Positions 29,038-40,930 of a stretch of 64,000 bases of DNA are shown in pieces. The notes beneath the pieces are model-generated. The model made no database searches, was not told where the DNA came from, and saw nothing but the letters and a program-made list of their open reading frames with translations. Source of the DNA: Dehalococcoidia bacterium (GTDB taxonomy: Bacteria > Chloroflexota > Dehalococcoidia > Lucifugimonadales > VXLM01); contig OY759598.1 in NCBI GenBank assembly GCA_963662435.1, positions 1,520,507-1,584,506 on the forward strand, read 5' to 3'. Made by a program: the position numbers and the translations under genes. Position 1 is the stretch's first letter. Each line of letters starts with the position of its first letter.

Positions 29038-29872
29038 TGCAGTCCGGCCCGACCCTAACCGTCATCAGTCTCGGCGGTGGAGTTCAGTCCTCGGTCATGG
29101 CGCTCATGGCAGGAGAAGGAACCTTAGGATCACTACCCGACTGCGCTATCTTCGCCGATACACACTGGGAGCCGCCCAGCGTCTACGATCACGTCGAGTG
29201 GCTCAAGGATCAACTTCGATTCCCCTCTATGTCGTAGACAAGGAAAGAAGCCTCCGAGAGGACGTGAAGGCCCTCACAAACCACTCCGGCTCCAACAACT
29301 ACGTGGATATTCCCGTCTATATGAAGGGAAGAGACGGAGAGAGAGACGGCATCGGACGCCGGCAGTGCACCACCAACTACAAGATCAGCCCCATACACAA
29401 CAAGATACGTGAACTGCTTGGGCTGCGAAAAGGGCAACGGGTCCCGTCAGGCACGATGGTCGAGCTGTGGCTCGGCATCTCAACCGACGAGGCCGTCCGC
29501 ATGAAGGACTCACGTGACCGGTGGGTGACGAACCGCTACCCCTTGATCGAGACGGGGATGTCCCGACAGGACTGCATCGACTGGTGAACAGCCCGCTACG
29601 ACAGGCCCTTGGAGCGATCAGCTTGCGTCGCCTGCCCGTTCCAGTCCCGGCGGCGGTGGGTCGAGACGAAACATCGATGGCCGGAGCTGTTCGCCGAGGC
29701 GGTGGAAATCGACGTGAAGATGCGAGACGGACTCGCCTTCGCTAAAGAACCGTACCTGCATTCCTTGCGGATGCCTCTGGACGAGGCCGTCGCTCTTGAC
29801 GAGGCGAAGCTCGGAGGCGAAGAGCAAAGGGACAGGTTCGGTAATGAGTGCGAGGGGCACTGTGGAGTGTGA
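29037..29872 (+). pseudogene. PAPS-reductase-like (PP-loop) Fe-S protein, disrupted
   Basis: ISLGGGVQSS, FADTHWE, RQCT, GISTDE, YPL, SACVACPF, ECEGHCG; frameshift near 29222 and in-frame TGA at 29585-29587. Confidence 0.8.
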
Positions 29873-30003
29873 AAGAACCGACGGAGCGACGGTAGAGGTG
29901 TCACCACTCGGCGGGTTTGGTGAGTACGCCAGCTTCGTCCCTCAGCGCTTTAAGAAGCAAGTTCCACTCGGACGTATTTGGGAAATGAGTAGAGGAGTTG
30001 AGA

Positions 30004-30246
30004 ATGAACGTGAATGACAGATTGCTAAGACGTCGACAGGTTGAGGACATCACTGGTCTAAGTCGCTCGTCAATCTATCGGTTGATGAGGAACGGAGAAT
30101 TCCCGTCACCCGTGAGGGTCGGCCCATCCGCCGTCAGGTGGAAGGCGAGCGATATCAGGGCCTGGTTAGAGTCGCGGCCACCGGCGACCGGTGAGTCCGA
30201 GCCGACAAACTCCACTTGGACTTGCCGGGTTGACCGGAATCCCTAG
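30004..30246 (+). CDS. alpA: AlpA-family excisionase / recombination directionality factor
   Basis: RLLRRRQVEDITGLSRSSIYRLM..GEFP.PVR.G..AVRW. Confidence 0.9.
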   Translation: MNVNDRLLRRRQVEDITGLSRSSIYRLMRNGEFPSPVRVGPSAVRWKASDIRAWLESRPPATGESEPTNSTWTCRVDRNP

Positions 30247-30319
30247 TCGTAGGGGTGCAATTCATACCCTGTACCCAACGCAACTCGGCGGGTTACTCAG
30301 TCTGCCGTCTTCGGCGTAA

Positions 30320-33300
30320 GGTCTATCCCCGCGTGTGCGGGGGAACCATGGCTCGCTTAGGGCGTCCTCCGGCCAAGTCCGGTCTATCCACGCGTGGGCG
30401 GGGGAACCGGATCGTCAGCACAAGCGCAGCATGGTTCGCCCGGTCTATCCCCGCGTGTGCGGGGGAACCTCCAGAGAACAGTAGCGCCAACCCCGCCAAC
30501 AAGGTCTATCCCCGCGTGTGCGGGGGAACCCGTTCGATGGTAAGGTGGGGGGCATACTTGCCCGGTCTATCCCCGCGTGTGCGGGGAAACCACGTGCAGT
30601 CTCCCCTGAATGACGTGTGCGACGGGTCTATCCCCGCGTGTGCGGGGAATCGGGTATGCAGGTTGTAAGGTCGGCGTGTCCTAGGGTCTATCCCCGCGTG
30701 TGCGGGGGAACCAGTGTTATGCACATTAAGCCCACGCTTGGCTGGGGTCTATCCCCGCGTGTGCGGGGGAACCGGTGCGAGCTCGTGATCTTCGCGAATG
30801 TCAGGCGGTCTATCCCCGCGTGTGCGGGGGAACCCCAGGGAGCGACCGCGGTCGACCTGTGCGACGGGGTCTATCCCCGCGTGTGCGGGGGAACCCGGGG
30901 GGGACCCAAAATCTTCTGGTCACTTCGGGGTCTATCCCCGCGTGTGCGGGGGAACCTTTCGTAGACACTACAGTCCAAGACGGGGATCAGGTCTATCCCC
31001 GCGTGTGCGGGGGAACCTTGCACGTGTCCTCGATGGGTTCATTCGCCGGGGGTCTATCCCCGCGTGTGCGGGGGAACCCGTTCGAACAATCCGAATCCGG
31101 TCTCGTTGTCGGGTCTATCCCCGCGTGTGCGGGGGAACCATAGCATCTGAGAGGGTGATGCCCTCTTGCTGAGGTCTATCCCCGCGTGTGCGGGGGAACC
31201 TACGGAGCCGCCCACCTACACTCTAGGCTAGGAGGTCTATCCCCGCGTGTGCGGGGGAACCTCAACATTCTGTCTATAGGCATTCTCCCATTGCGGTCTA
31301 TCCCCGCGTGTGCGGGGGAACCGTTTTGCCGTCAGCTTGCCGCGCAAGAACGTAGGGTCTATCCCCGCGTGTGCGGGGGAACCACGATGGCTGTTCCGAC
31401 ATTCCAGTACATAGCGGGTCTATCCCCGCGTGTGCGGGGGAACCGAAAAGCCTCCGGGACTCTGGGGGGCTACGCTCGGTCTATCCCCGCGTGTGCGGGG
31501 GAACCGGGTCATTAGTCCTCTTTCTCCCAAATATCGAGGGTCTATCCCCGCGTGTGCGGGGGAACCTATTAGCCATGTAGATGCCTTGCTCTTCCCTGAG
31601 GTCTATCCCCGCGTGTGCGGGGGAACCGGGGGAAGGGGATAAATCGGTATTTCAGGGAGAGGTCTATCCCCGCGTGTGCGGGGGAACCATGTCCAGCGGG
31701 GGAGCGCGTGTGCTCCCTGTAGGTCTATCCCCGCGTGTGCGGGGGAACCTACGACTACGGCATGGTAGGCGCTACCGTAGCGGGTCTATCCCCGCGTGTG
31801 CGGGGGAACCCAGGGTAAAAGGTAGTAAACCACTACCTAGCCCGGTCTATCCCCGCGTGTGCGGGGGAACCATTGAGAACGCCTAGTGAGGCGTGAATCA
31901 GGCAGGTCTATCCCCGCGTGTGCGGGGGAACCCAGGGTAAAAGGTAGTAAACCACTACCTAGCCCGGTCTATCCCCGCGTGTGCGGGGGAACCATTGAGA
32001 ACGCCTAGTGAGGCGTGAATCAGGCAGGTCTATCCCCGCGTGTGCGGGGGAACCTCAACGTATGCGGGGGATTCTCCGTGCTCATGCGGTCTATCCCCGC
32101 GTGTGCGGGGGAACCGATCCGGAGTTCATCGTTGTGCTGTGGCGGATCGGTCTATCCCCGCGTGTGCGGGGGAACCAGCCAAGTTGATGCCTTATCCCTA
32201 CCGGAAGCGGGTCTATCCCCGCGTGTGCGGGGGAACCAGCGAGGTCGCGCCCGAACTCCCCCTCGTCCACGGTCTATCCCCGCGTGTGCGGGGGAACCAT
32301 GTTGGAGTCGAGGTCTGGGGCAATTACAACGGGTCTATCCCCGCGTGTGCGGGGGAACCTGTTTCGGGTTCGTGTTCGCCTTGCTATCGTCGGGTCTATC
32401 CCCGCGTGTGCGGGGGAACCAAATAAGGGTAGCGCATAAGGGTAAAGCGATGCGGTCTATCCCCGCGTGTGCGGGGGAACCACCAGTAATGCAACTAGGC
32501 ACAACCCCACAAAAGGTCTATCCCCGCGTGTGCGGGGGAACCGCGGCGGCCGGGGAGGCTAGCGTGTCACCGAAAGGTCTATCCCCGCGTGTGCGGGGGA
32601 ACCATCGGCGGCATCCTGCTGACCGTCGGCCTGACGGGTCTATCCCCGCGTGTGCGGGGGAACCAGCGCCGTGAACAGCGAGTTGATAGCTCCCGGTGGT
32701 CTATCCCCGCGTGTGCGGGGGAACCGGCAGCACGTGATCGGAGTTACGCCTGGGCGAAGGGTCTATCCCCGCGTGTGCGGGGGAACCTTGTCGATCCTCG
32801 GATCGGAGGCGTGTGGCGTCGGTCTATCCCCGCGTGTGCGGGGGAACCAACCACGTAGATGCCTTATGCTTCCCCGAAGTGGGTCTATCCCCGCGTGTGC
32901 GGGGGAACCTCCTACTCTGTACCCTTGCCTTGCGTCGCTTGCGGTCTATCCCCGCGTGTGCGGGGGAACCTTCGTCCAGGCGGGGCCGGCGGCGACGCTG
33001 CCGGGTCTATCCCCGCGTGTGCGGGGGAACCAACGGAAGATAGGACAGGGCGGCGACTGGTGGCGGTCTATCCCCGCGTGTGCGGGGGAACCGACGAGCT
33101 TGAGGCGATAGCCAGAGGGGAGAAGGGTCTATCCCCGCGTGTGCGGGGGAACCCCAAGCTATGCCTTGCGGGTTGCCATTGTCCAGGGTCTATCCCCGCG
33201 TGTGCGGGGGAACCATAGCATGCGGACAGACTGGACACTCTACGATGGGTCTATCCCCGCGTGTGCGGGGGAACCTCGTAGGGGCTTGGGCTTGCCGCCC

Positions 33301-36300
33301 TGGTATTCGGTCTATCCCCGCGTGTGCGGGGGAACCACCTTCGCCCTCGTAACGCCTACTCGTTGAGCCGGTCTATCCCCGCGTGTGCGGGGGAACCATT
33401 CCCGCCCCTGTACACCGCGTTATCTCTCGAGGTCTATCCCCGCGTGTGCGGGGGAACCCAAGGTCCAACAAGCGCCAGCCACGTCAGCTAGGGTCTATCC
33501 CCGCGTGTGCGGGGGAACCGGCGATTGTGATGGATGTAAGAAAGCATGGAGCGGTCTATCCCCGCGTGTGCGGGGGAACCACGGTTTGAGAACGCTACGG
33601 GCAGCCGAAAGGCGGTCTATCCCCGCGTGTGCGGGGGAACCGAAGTAGCGTTGAACGCCATTGCTACGCCTGTCGGTCTATCCCCGCGTGTGCGGGGGAA
33701 CCGGCTCCATCGGTGGTCTTGGCACATCTGGTGCGGGTCTATCCCCGCGTGTGCGGGGGAACCGTGTTCTACGCTGCTCCGGTAACCGCGGGCAACGGTC
33801 TATCCCCGCGTGTGCGGGGGAACCGAGGAAGCCACAGACCGCGAGCCGCTCCTCACGGGTCTATCCCCGCGTGTGCGGGGGAACCGATATTAAGAGACCT
33901 TATAAGGGCGGAGAAGTAGGTCTATCCCCGCGTGTGCGGGGGAACCGGGTTCTCTAGCCACTACATGAGCGGCAGAGGCGGTCTATCCCCGCGTGTGCGG
34001 GGGAACCTTGTCGAGGAAGCACACGGCGCAGTATAGGTGGGGTCTATCCCCGCGTGTGCGGGGGAACCTGTAGCGTTGAATCCGAGTAGGTGTCGGAATA
34101 CGGTCTATCCCCGCGTGTGCGGGGGAACCAGGTATGTAACCGGCAGGACGTAGGGCAGATACGGTCTATCCCCGCGTGTGCGGGGGAACCTATGGCGGCG
34201 TCTGATGGCAGTTCAGGGATGGCGGTCTATCCCCGCGTGTGCGGGGGAACCGCCATACCTCGGACATACTCAGAGACGCTATGCGGTCTATCCCCGCGTG
34301 TGCGGGGGAACCGTGTGCGGAGTCACATGGAGCGACTCGGTCTGGGGTCTATCCCCGCGTGTGCGGGGGAACCCCCAGCTCTCGGCCAAGGCCGACCAGA
34401 GCGACCGGTCTATCCCCGCGTGTGCGGGGGAACCAACCCGTGGCTCGGCGCCATCGCATGACGGGAAGGTCTATCCCCGCGTGTGCGGGGGAACCGACGT
34501 GTTCTTCGCGCGCCGGTCATGCGGATAGGGTCTATCCCCGCGTGTGCGGGGGAACCCGATCTCCTAGGTTACCGTGGCGGCGCTCTCGAGGTCTATCCCC
34601 GCGTGTGCGGGGGAACCTTCCGCACCGCGTACGTGGGCATGTGGCGAGGGGGTCTATCCCCGCGTGTGCGGGGGAACCTAGTTCGGTGTCCCTTCGGGTT
34701 GGTTTATGTGCGGTCTATCCCCGCGTGTGCGGGGGAACCACTCAGCCTGGCACATCTACTCAGCCTGGCACAGGTCTATCCCCGCGTGTGCGGGGGAACC
34801 GATCGAAGGCGTAACCGTCGTGGAGGAGGTAAGGGTCTATCCCCGCGTGTGCGGGGGAACCCAGTGGGGGCGCTGTGCGGTCCTATCACTGGCGGGTCTA
34901 TCCCCGCGTGTGCGGGGGAACTTTTTGCTCATACCGCGGCCTTTCTCGCGAGCACGGTCTATCCCCGCGTGTGCGGGGGAACCGTGGTATGGCGGTGCTT
35001 GGCGTTCTGGCGGTGCGGTCTATCCCCGCGTGTGCGGGGGAACCTCTATGAGGGGTGTCGGGTGAAGGTGCGAGGTGGGTCTATCCCCGCGTGTGCGGGG
35101 GAACCGAGGTGGTAGATGATGGACAGGTTTCCTAGTAGGGTCTATCCCCGCGTGTGCGGGGGAACCTCGACCTGCTGGACGGAGTCGACCCTAACGAGCG
35201 GTCTATCCCCGCGTGTGCGGGGGAACCCTAGGCGGTGCTGGCACTATATCAGTTCGCCTCGGTCTATCCCCGCGTGTGCGGGGGAACCCTAGGCGGTGCT
35301 GGCACTATATCAGTTCGCCTCGGTCTATCCCCGCGTGTGCGGGGGAACCTATCCACTGTCCCCCCGCCCAGTCTATCCACTGGGTCTATCCCCGCGTGTG
35401 CGGGGGAACCCGAGCAAGGCCGAATCGCTACCACCTTGCTGTAGGTCTATCCCCGCGTGTGCGGGGGAACCCCATAGGCGAACGACAACCCCATTAGGCT
35501 ATGGGGTCTATCCCCGCGTGTGCGGGGGAACCAACGCCTACAACTTTTTCAACTACGACTTTCGGGGTCTATCCCCGCGTGTGCGGGGGAACCTCCCCAG
35601 CGTCCATCATGTCGAGGTAGTCTTTGGGTCTATCCCCGCGTGTGCGGGGGAACCACAACAAGCTGAATGAAGCCGGACAGATACAACGGTCTATCCCCGC
35701 GTGTGCGGGGGAACCACCAGAGCCCATGCTCCCATGAAACATCGGGCAGGTCTATCCCCGCGTGTGCGGGGGAACCGTAGATACCACCCGGTACCCGACC
35801 ACATACCCGGGTCTATCCCCGCGTGTGCGGGGGAACCTCCGCACATGATGACTGCGCTCTCTATGCGTCCGGTCTATCCCCGCGTGTGCGGGGGAACCGA
35901 CAGCGACCGCCCGAACCTCATCGCCCAGGGCGGTCTATCCCCGCGTGTGCGGGGGAACCGATGCGACGGCCGAGGAGATCGCCCAGAGCATGGGTCTATC
36001 CCCGCGTGTGCGGGGGAACCCACGCCCGCTGCCCGTGCCGCCGCATATCCCCCGGTCTATCCCCGCGTGTGCGGGGGAACCTCCTGATTATGACGGTGGA
36101 CCGGGGCTTCCTCGGGTCTATCCCCGCGTGTGCGGGGGAACCAGTACAACGCCATCCCATACCGTTGATTCAACGGGTCTATCCCCGCGTGTGCGGGGGA
36201 ACCGTGTTCCGCGAGATCGAGGAAGAAGAGGCGCGAGGTCTATCCCCGCGTGTGCGGGGGAACCCCTCCATACATACGCTGGAGGTGACACGGATGGGGT

Positions 36301-38094
36301 CTATCCCCGCGTGTGCGGGGGAACCGCCATCCAGACGCGCGGAGGCATCGGCATGGAGGGTCTATCCCCGCGTGTGCGGGGGAACCCCAAAAAATGGTAT
36401 TGGATATGTCCTATAGTAAGGTCTATCCCCGCGTGTGCGGGGGAACCACCTCGAGAGTCATGCGGCCGAACACGACGAAGGGTCTATCCCCGCGTGTGCG
36501 GGGGAACCTCTTGCTTGTCAAGGGCTCGGTTAGAGTGAGGCGGTCTATCCCCGCGTGTGCGGGGGAACCGAAGGTCTTACGGCCGAAGGTCGTATAGATG
36601 AGGGTCTATCCCCGCGTGTGCGGGGGAACCTCCGCCGCCTTCTTGTTGTCGCTCGTAGACGACGGTCTATCCCCGCGTGTGCGGGGGAACCGAACGAATC
36701 CCGGCCCCCGTGGCTGGATTATCCGGTCTATCCCCGTGTGTGCGGGGGAACCCACGTCCGGCGTCCTCGTGTCCAGGCTTGACCAGGTCTATCCCCGCGT
36801 GTGCGGGGGAACCGTGGCGTACTTCGTCGTGTACCGCACTACGTGGGGTCTATCCCCGCGTGTGCGGGGGAACCTACACTCCAGCGGAAGCGCTGGACGC
36901 TGCCTCGGGTCTATCCCCGCGTGTGCGGGGGAACCCTTTCTTGTCTCGGTAGGAACAATGGTCACGTCGGTCTATCCCCGCGTGTGCGGGGGAACCACTC
37001 ATTGGGTGTAGCGCCTTAGCGTGTGGGCGGGTCTATCCCCGCGTGTGCGGGGGAACCGCATACGGCGTTGGCGGCTGTCGGGATTGATACGGTCTATCCC
37101 CGCGTGTGCGGGGGAACCGTGCGGTGCGGTGCAAGGAGTGTCGTCAATGAAGGTCTATCCCCGCGTGTGCGGGGGAACCACCGGGTCTGCCTGCCATGAG
37201 CCACTTACAGACGGTCTATCCCCGCGTGTGCGGGGGAACCGTCGGCCTATCCTGATACGAGCCGGTCATGGGAGGTCTATCCCCGCGTGTGCGGGGGAAC
37301 CGGGGTCTCAGACTCGTTTCAGTAAGCAGGTCACGGTCTATCCCCGCGTGTGCGGGGGAACCCATCCTCGTTTTGCTCACCACATTGCCTACCGAGGTCT
37401 ATCCCCGCGTGTGCGGGGGAACCTAGAACGCAATGGCCCATTTGTTGAGCGGGATAGGTCTATCCCCGCGTGTGCGGGGGAACCACGTTTAGACGCGATT
37501 AACGCGGGCTTAAGGAGGGTCTATCCCCGCGTGTGCGGGGGAACCCCCTCCCCGGTACGTGGGAGCTGGTGACTACAAGGTCTATCCCCGCGTGTGCGGG
37601 GGAACCAGCTTCCTCAAGAACATGGGCAACCATCCTATCGGTCTATCCCCGCGTGTGCGGGGGAACCCGAGCGTGGCAGAGGATCGATACGTCAGACCGC
37701 GGTCTATCCCCGCGTGTGCGGGGGAACCGTGATATGGGCCTGGTGGACGTTCACCCTCTACGGTCTATCCCCGCGTGTGCGGGGGAACCTGGCCTCGCGT
37801 CAACCTCAACCCTGATGACAGGGGTCTATCCCCGCGTGTGCGGGGGAACCCGCCTTATCAGGATTCCAGACCTTCATCGCGGCGGTCTATCCCCGCGTGT
37901 GCGGGGGAACCACCGGCGACCCATCCTGAAACTGACCCGCCAACGGTCTATCCCCGCGTGTGCGGGGGAACCGCCTCCCGTACCGCCGCGTAGCCCCTCA
38001 TGAGGGGTCTATCCCCGCGTGTGCGGGGGAACCCCTTGGCTTCATCTGCGGTGACTGCTCTTATCAGGTCTATCCCCGCGTGTGCGGGGGAACC
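30320..38094 (-). CRISPR. Type I-E CRISPR array: 128 repeats, 127 spacers, period 61 bp
   Basis: Repeat GGTTCCCCCGCACACGCGGGGATAGACC (minus sense), counted by hand. Variant repeats cluster at the low-coordinate (trailer) end (30381, 30564, 30625); single variants at 34895 and 36725. Confidence 0.98.
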
Positions 38095-38145
38095 TCTTGC
38101 TAACGTAATTGAGTACGCCCGATATTATTCATATATCGAATATTG
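38095..38145 (-). promoter_or_regulatory. Short AT-rich CRISPR leader
   Basis: 51-bp AT-rich stretch between the cas2 stop and the first repeat. Confidence 0.7.
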
Positions 38146-38433
38146 TTAGTTGTACTTTACCAAGTACACGCCATCGGCATCCACGATGGACTTGGGTGCT
38201 TCGCCCAAGAGTCGTATCCGCTGCTCTCCGATGGCTGCGGGATCGCTCCACGTCATAACTATCGCGCCTCGACCTGAGTCATAGTACCATTTGCTCAGGA
38301 CATCCCAGATTCTGTCTCGAATTCCGCTGGTCATTCGTGGGCTGGTGTATACACCGGGCGCTATTTCCAGCATCACCGACGCCAGGAATCCGCGGTATCG
38401 CGCCTCGACGTTAACTGTGACAACTACGGTCAC
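38146..38433 (-). CDS. cas2: Type I-E Cas2
   Basis: TVVVT.NVEARYRGFLASVMLEIAPGVY.SP. GTG start at 38433 (alternative 38445). Confidence 0.9.
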   Translation of the reverse strand: MTVVVTVNVEARYRGFLASVMLEIAPGVYTSPRMTSGIRDRIWDVLSKWYYDSGRGAIVMTWSDPAAIGEQRIRLLGEAPKSIVDADGVYLVKYN

Positions 38434-38441
38434 TCTGCACC

Positions 38442-39365
38442 TCACAAACTCTCTTCCGACGGTGCTGCCGCCCCATCTTCCGGCGGAACGACATCCTGAA
38501 AGAGTACCTTGATGCGGTCTATCATTTTGGGTATCACGCGCTCGGTTCGCAGCATCTCTCCCGTCATGCGCCGAGTGTGCCTTTCGATATCGAGCGTCGG
38601 GTTTTCGATGACGGCTCTGGCCGACTTGAACGCGGCTGGAAGCAGGACCGTGTCGCGGAACAGATCGGCTATGTCCAACGCGAATGCGTCTCCGCTGTGC
38701 TCGTGGATGAAGCCCAGTTGAGGAATAGCGCCCACCGACATCACGGCAATTACTGCCGCCGAAGTGACCGCGACGGACGCATGATTGATCGCCTGATTCG
38801 GAACATCGGCCGCGAGGGGATTGGCCCTGTCGTAGCGGCGGCCCCTCCACGTGATCCCGTACCGCTGAGCCAGGTTCCTGTACGTTCGCCTCATGCGGGC
38901 ACCCTCGATACCTCGCAAGGCTTCGATGTTCTGATTCGGGAGCACTTCGCCGAGACGCAGGGCGTACATCTTGCGGGCCACGGTGATGCGGCTGCCTTCG
39001 GCGTCTCCCCATGCGCGCATCTGCCGACGGGCGATGTCGGACGTGTCAGGCATCAACGGCGGGGCCGTATAACACCTTACACCGTCTTCCCCGACTGCGA
39101 CGAGACCGGTTCCGTGGCGCGCCATCAATCGTAGCGCGTCGTGGCTGACGGTGGATCCTGGACCTAACAGGATCATCGAAAGGGACTGAAACGGGATGCC
39201 GTATTCGCCGGAGTCGAGGGAGCTTCCCGAATCGGCGTCGGCTTGGCGCTCGAAGCGCAGGGTGCCGTCCCGGACGGTCAACGCCCCTCGACTCAGCCAG
39301 AGAAGCCCTTGCCGGTCGGCATGGGGAATCCTCGCGGTCTCAAGTCCCAGTCTTCCTCGCAGCAT
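38442..39365 (-). CDS. cas1: Type I-E Cas1
   Basis: LLGPGSTVSHDA, LRGIEGARMR, W.GRRYD, LGFIH, LDIADL. Confidence 0.95.
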   Translation of the reverse strand: MLRGRLGLETARIPHADRQGLLWLSRGALTVRDGTLRFERQADADSGSSLDSGEYGIPFQSLSMILLGPGSTVSHDALRLMARHGTGLVAVGEDGVRCYTAPPLMPDTSDIARRQMRAWGDAEGSRITVARKMYALRLGEVLPNQNIEALRGIEGARMRRTYRNLAQRYGITWRGRRYDRANPLAADVPNQAINHASVAVTSAAVIAVMSVGAIPQLGFIHEHSGDAFALDIADLFRDTVLLPAAFKSARAVIENPTLDIERHTRRMTGEMLRTERVIPKMIDRIKVLFQDVVPPEDGAAAPSEESL

Positions 39366-39432
39366 GTGCATTCGCCTCCCACTTGTGATATTCGGATGTT
39401 AAGGTGCGTGAATTGAGGATTGAACGCGCTTG

Positions 39433-40169
39433 TCACTGCGCCAACGTGGACGCGGGACGCAACAAGAGCATTCCGTATCCGTAGGCGCGGTGGCGTCCCA
39501 CGCCATCGGAAACGAGGTTGGCAAATTCCGTCTGATCGGTCACTTCGAGGGTTCCTTGCATCACGGCGTCCGGGCCTTCGGAGGCGTGTTTACTGAGCTT
39601 GCGGACGACGCGCACCCTCTGGAAGGACCGCAGCCGCGCTTCCTCCAGACGCGCGCCGCGCCGGGCAAGCCTGTCGAACAACCAGTCCACGTAGACCTCC
39701 TCCCGGCTGCGCGGCATTTCCCCCTTCGGGTGGCGCTCTGCCTCGGCCTGGAAGGCGTCTCGTTCTTTGCCCGGTCTATCGGAACCTCGTCCGCATCTCA
39801 CAACCGGGCGGATCAGGGCCTCGAAGCCCAGCCGCTGTCCTGTCCGCCATGAGTTCGGCATTGTCTTGCTGTCTATGGTCGACGGGGGGAGTATCTTGGA
39901 CTGGAGCGGGCAGGCGAAGGTCTGCGCCTTGTCGCGGAGCTCTTCGGCGGGCGAAGTCGAGTATGCGTAGAACGTCCCGGGGGCGTGGTTTCGGTCTCGT
40001 GGAATGATGACTCGAAACGGCTTGGGCGCGAGGTCGCGTCCGAAGCTCTCGGTGAGTAGACAGTGCATGGCGAAGCCGGGATCGAAGGCGTTCCGGCTGA
40101 TCATGCCTCTCGTCCCGGCCCAGCGGTAGAAGGAGCGCACGTCGATATCCGCGCGTATCATGTTGGTGG

Positions 40170-40173
<4 letters not shown>
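39433..40173 (-). CDS. cas6e: Cas6e (Cse3)
   Basis: C-terminal G-rich loop GVGRHRAYGYGMLLL. Confidence 0.92.

Positions 40174-40930
<757 letters not shown>

Noticed and set aside
30255..30319. Possible extra degenerate terminal CRISPR repeat
   Set aside because: Too little identity to the repeat and no stem.
31689..32087. Spacers containing repeat-like words (GCGGGGGAG/CGCGTGTGC at 31689-31721; CGTATGCGGGGGA at 32055-32087)
   Set aside because: Short GC-rich matches without the full hairpin; chance cannot be excluded.
34008..34040. Spacer sharing TTGTCGAGGAAGC with the ICE gene near 5726 (possible self-targeting)
   Set aside because: Only 13 nt match, at the PAM-distal end; the rest diverges. 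I saw no convincing self-target by eye, but no exhaustive search was run.
30255..38003. Dozens of + strand ORFs containing GLSPRVRGN / VYPRVCGGT / SIPACAGEP
   Set aside because: These are translations of the CRISPR repeat, not genes.
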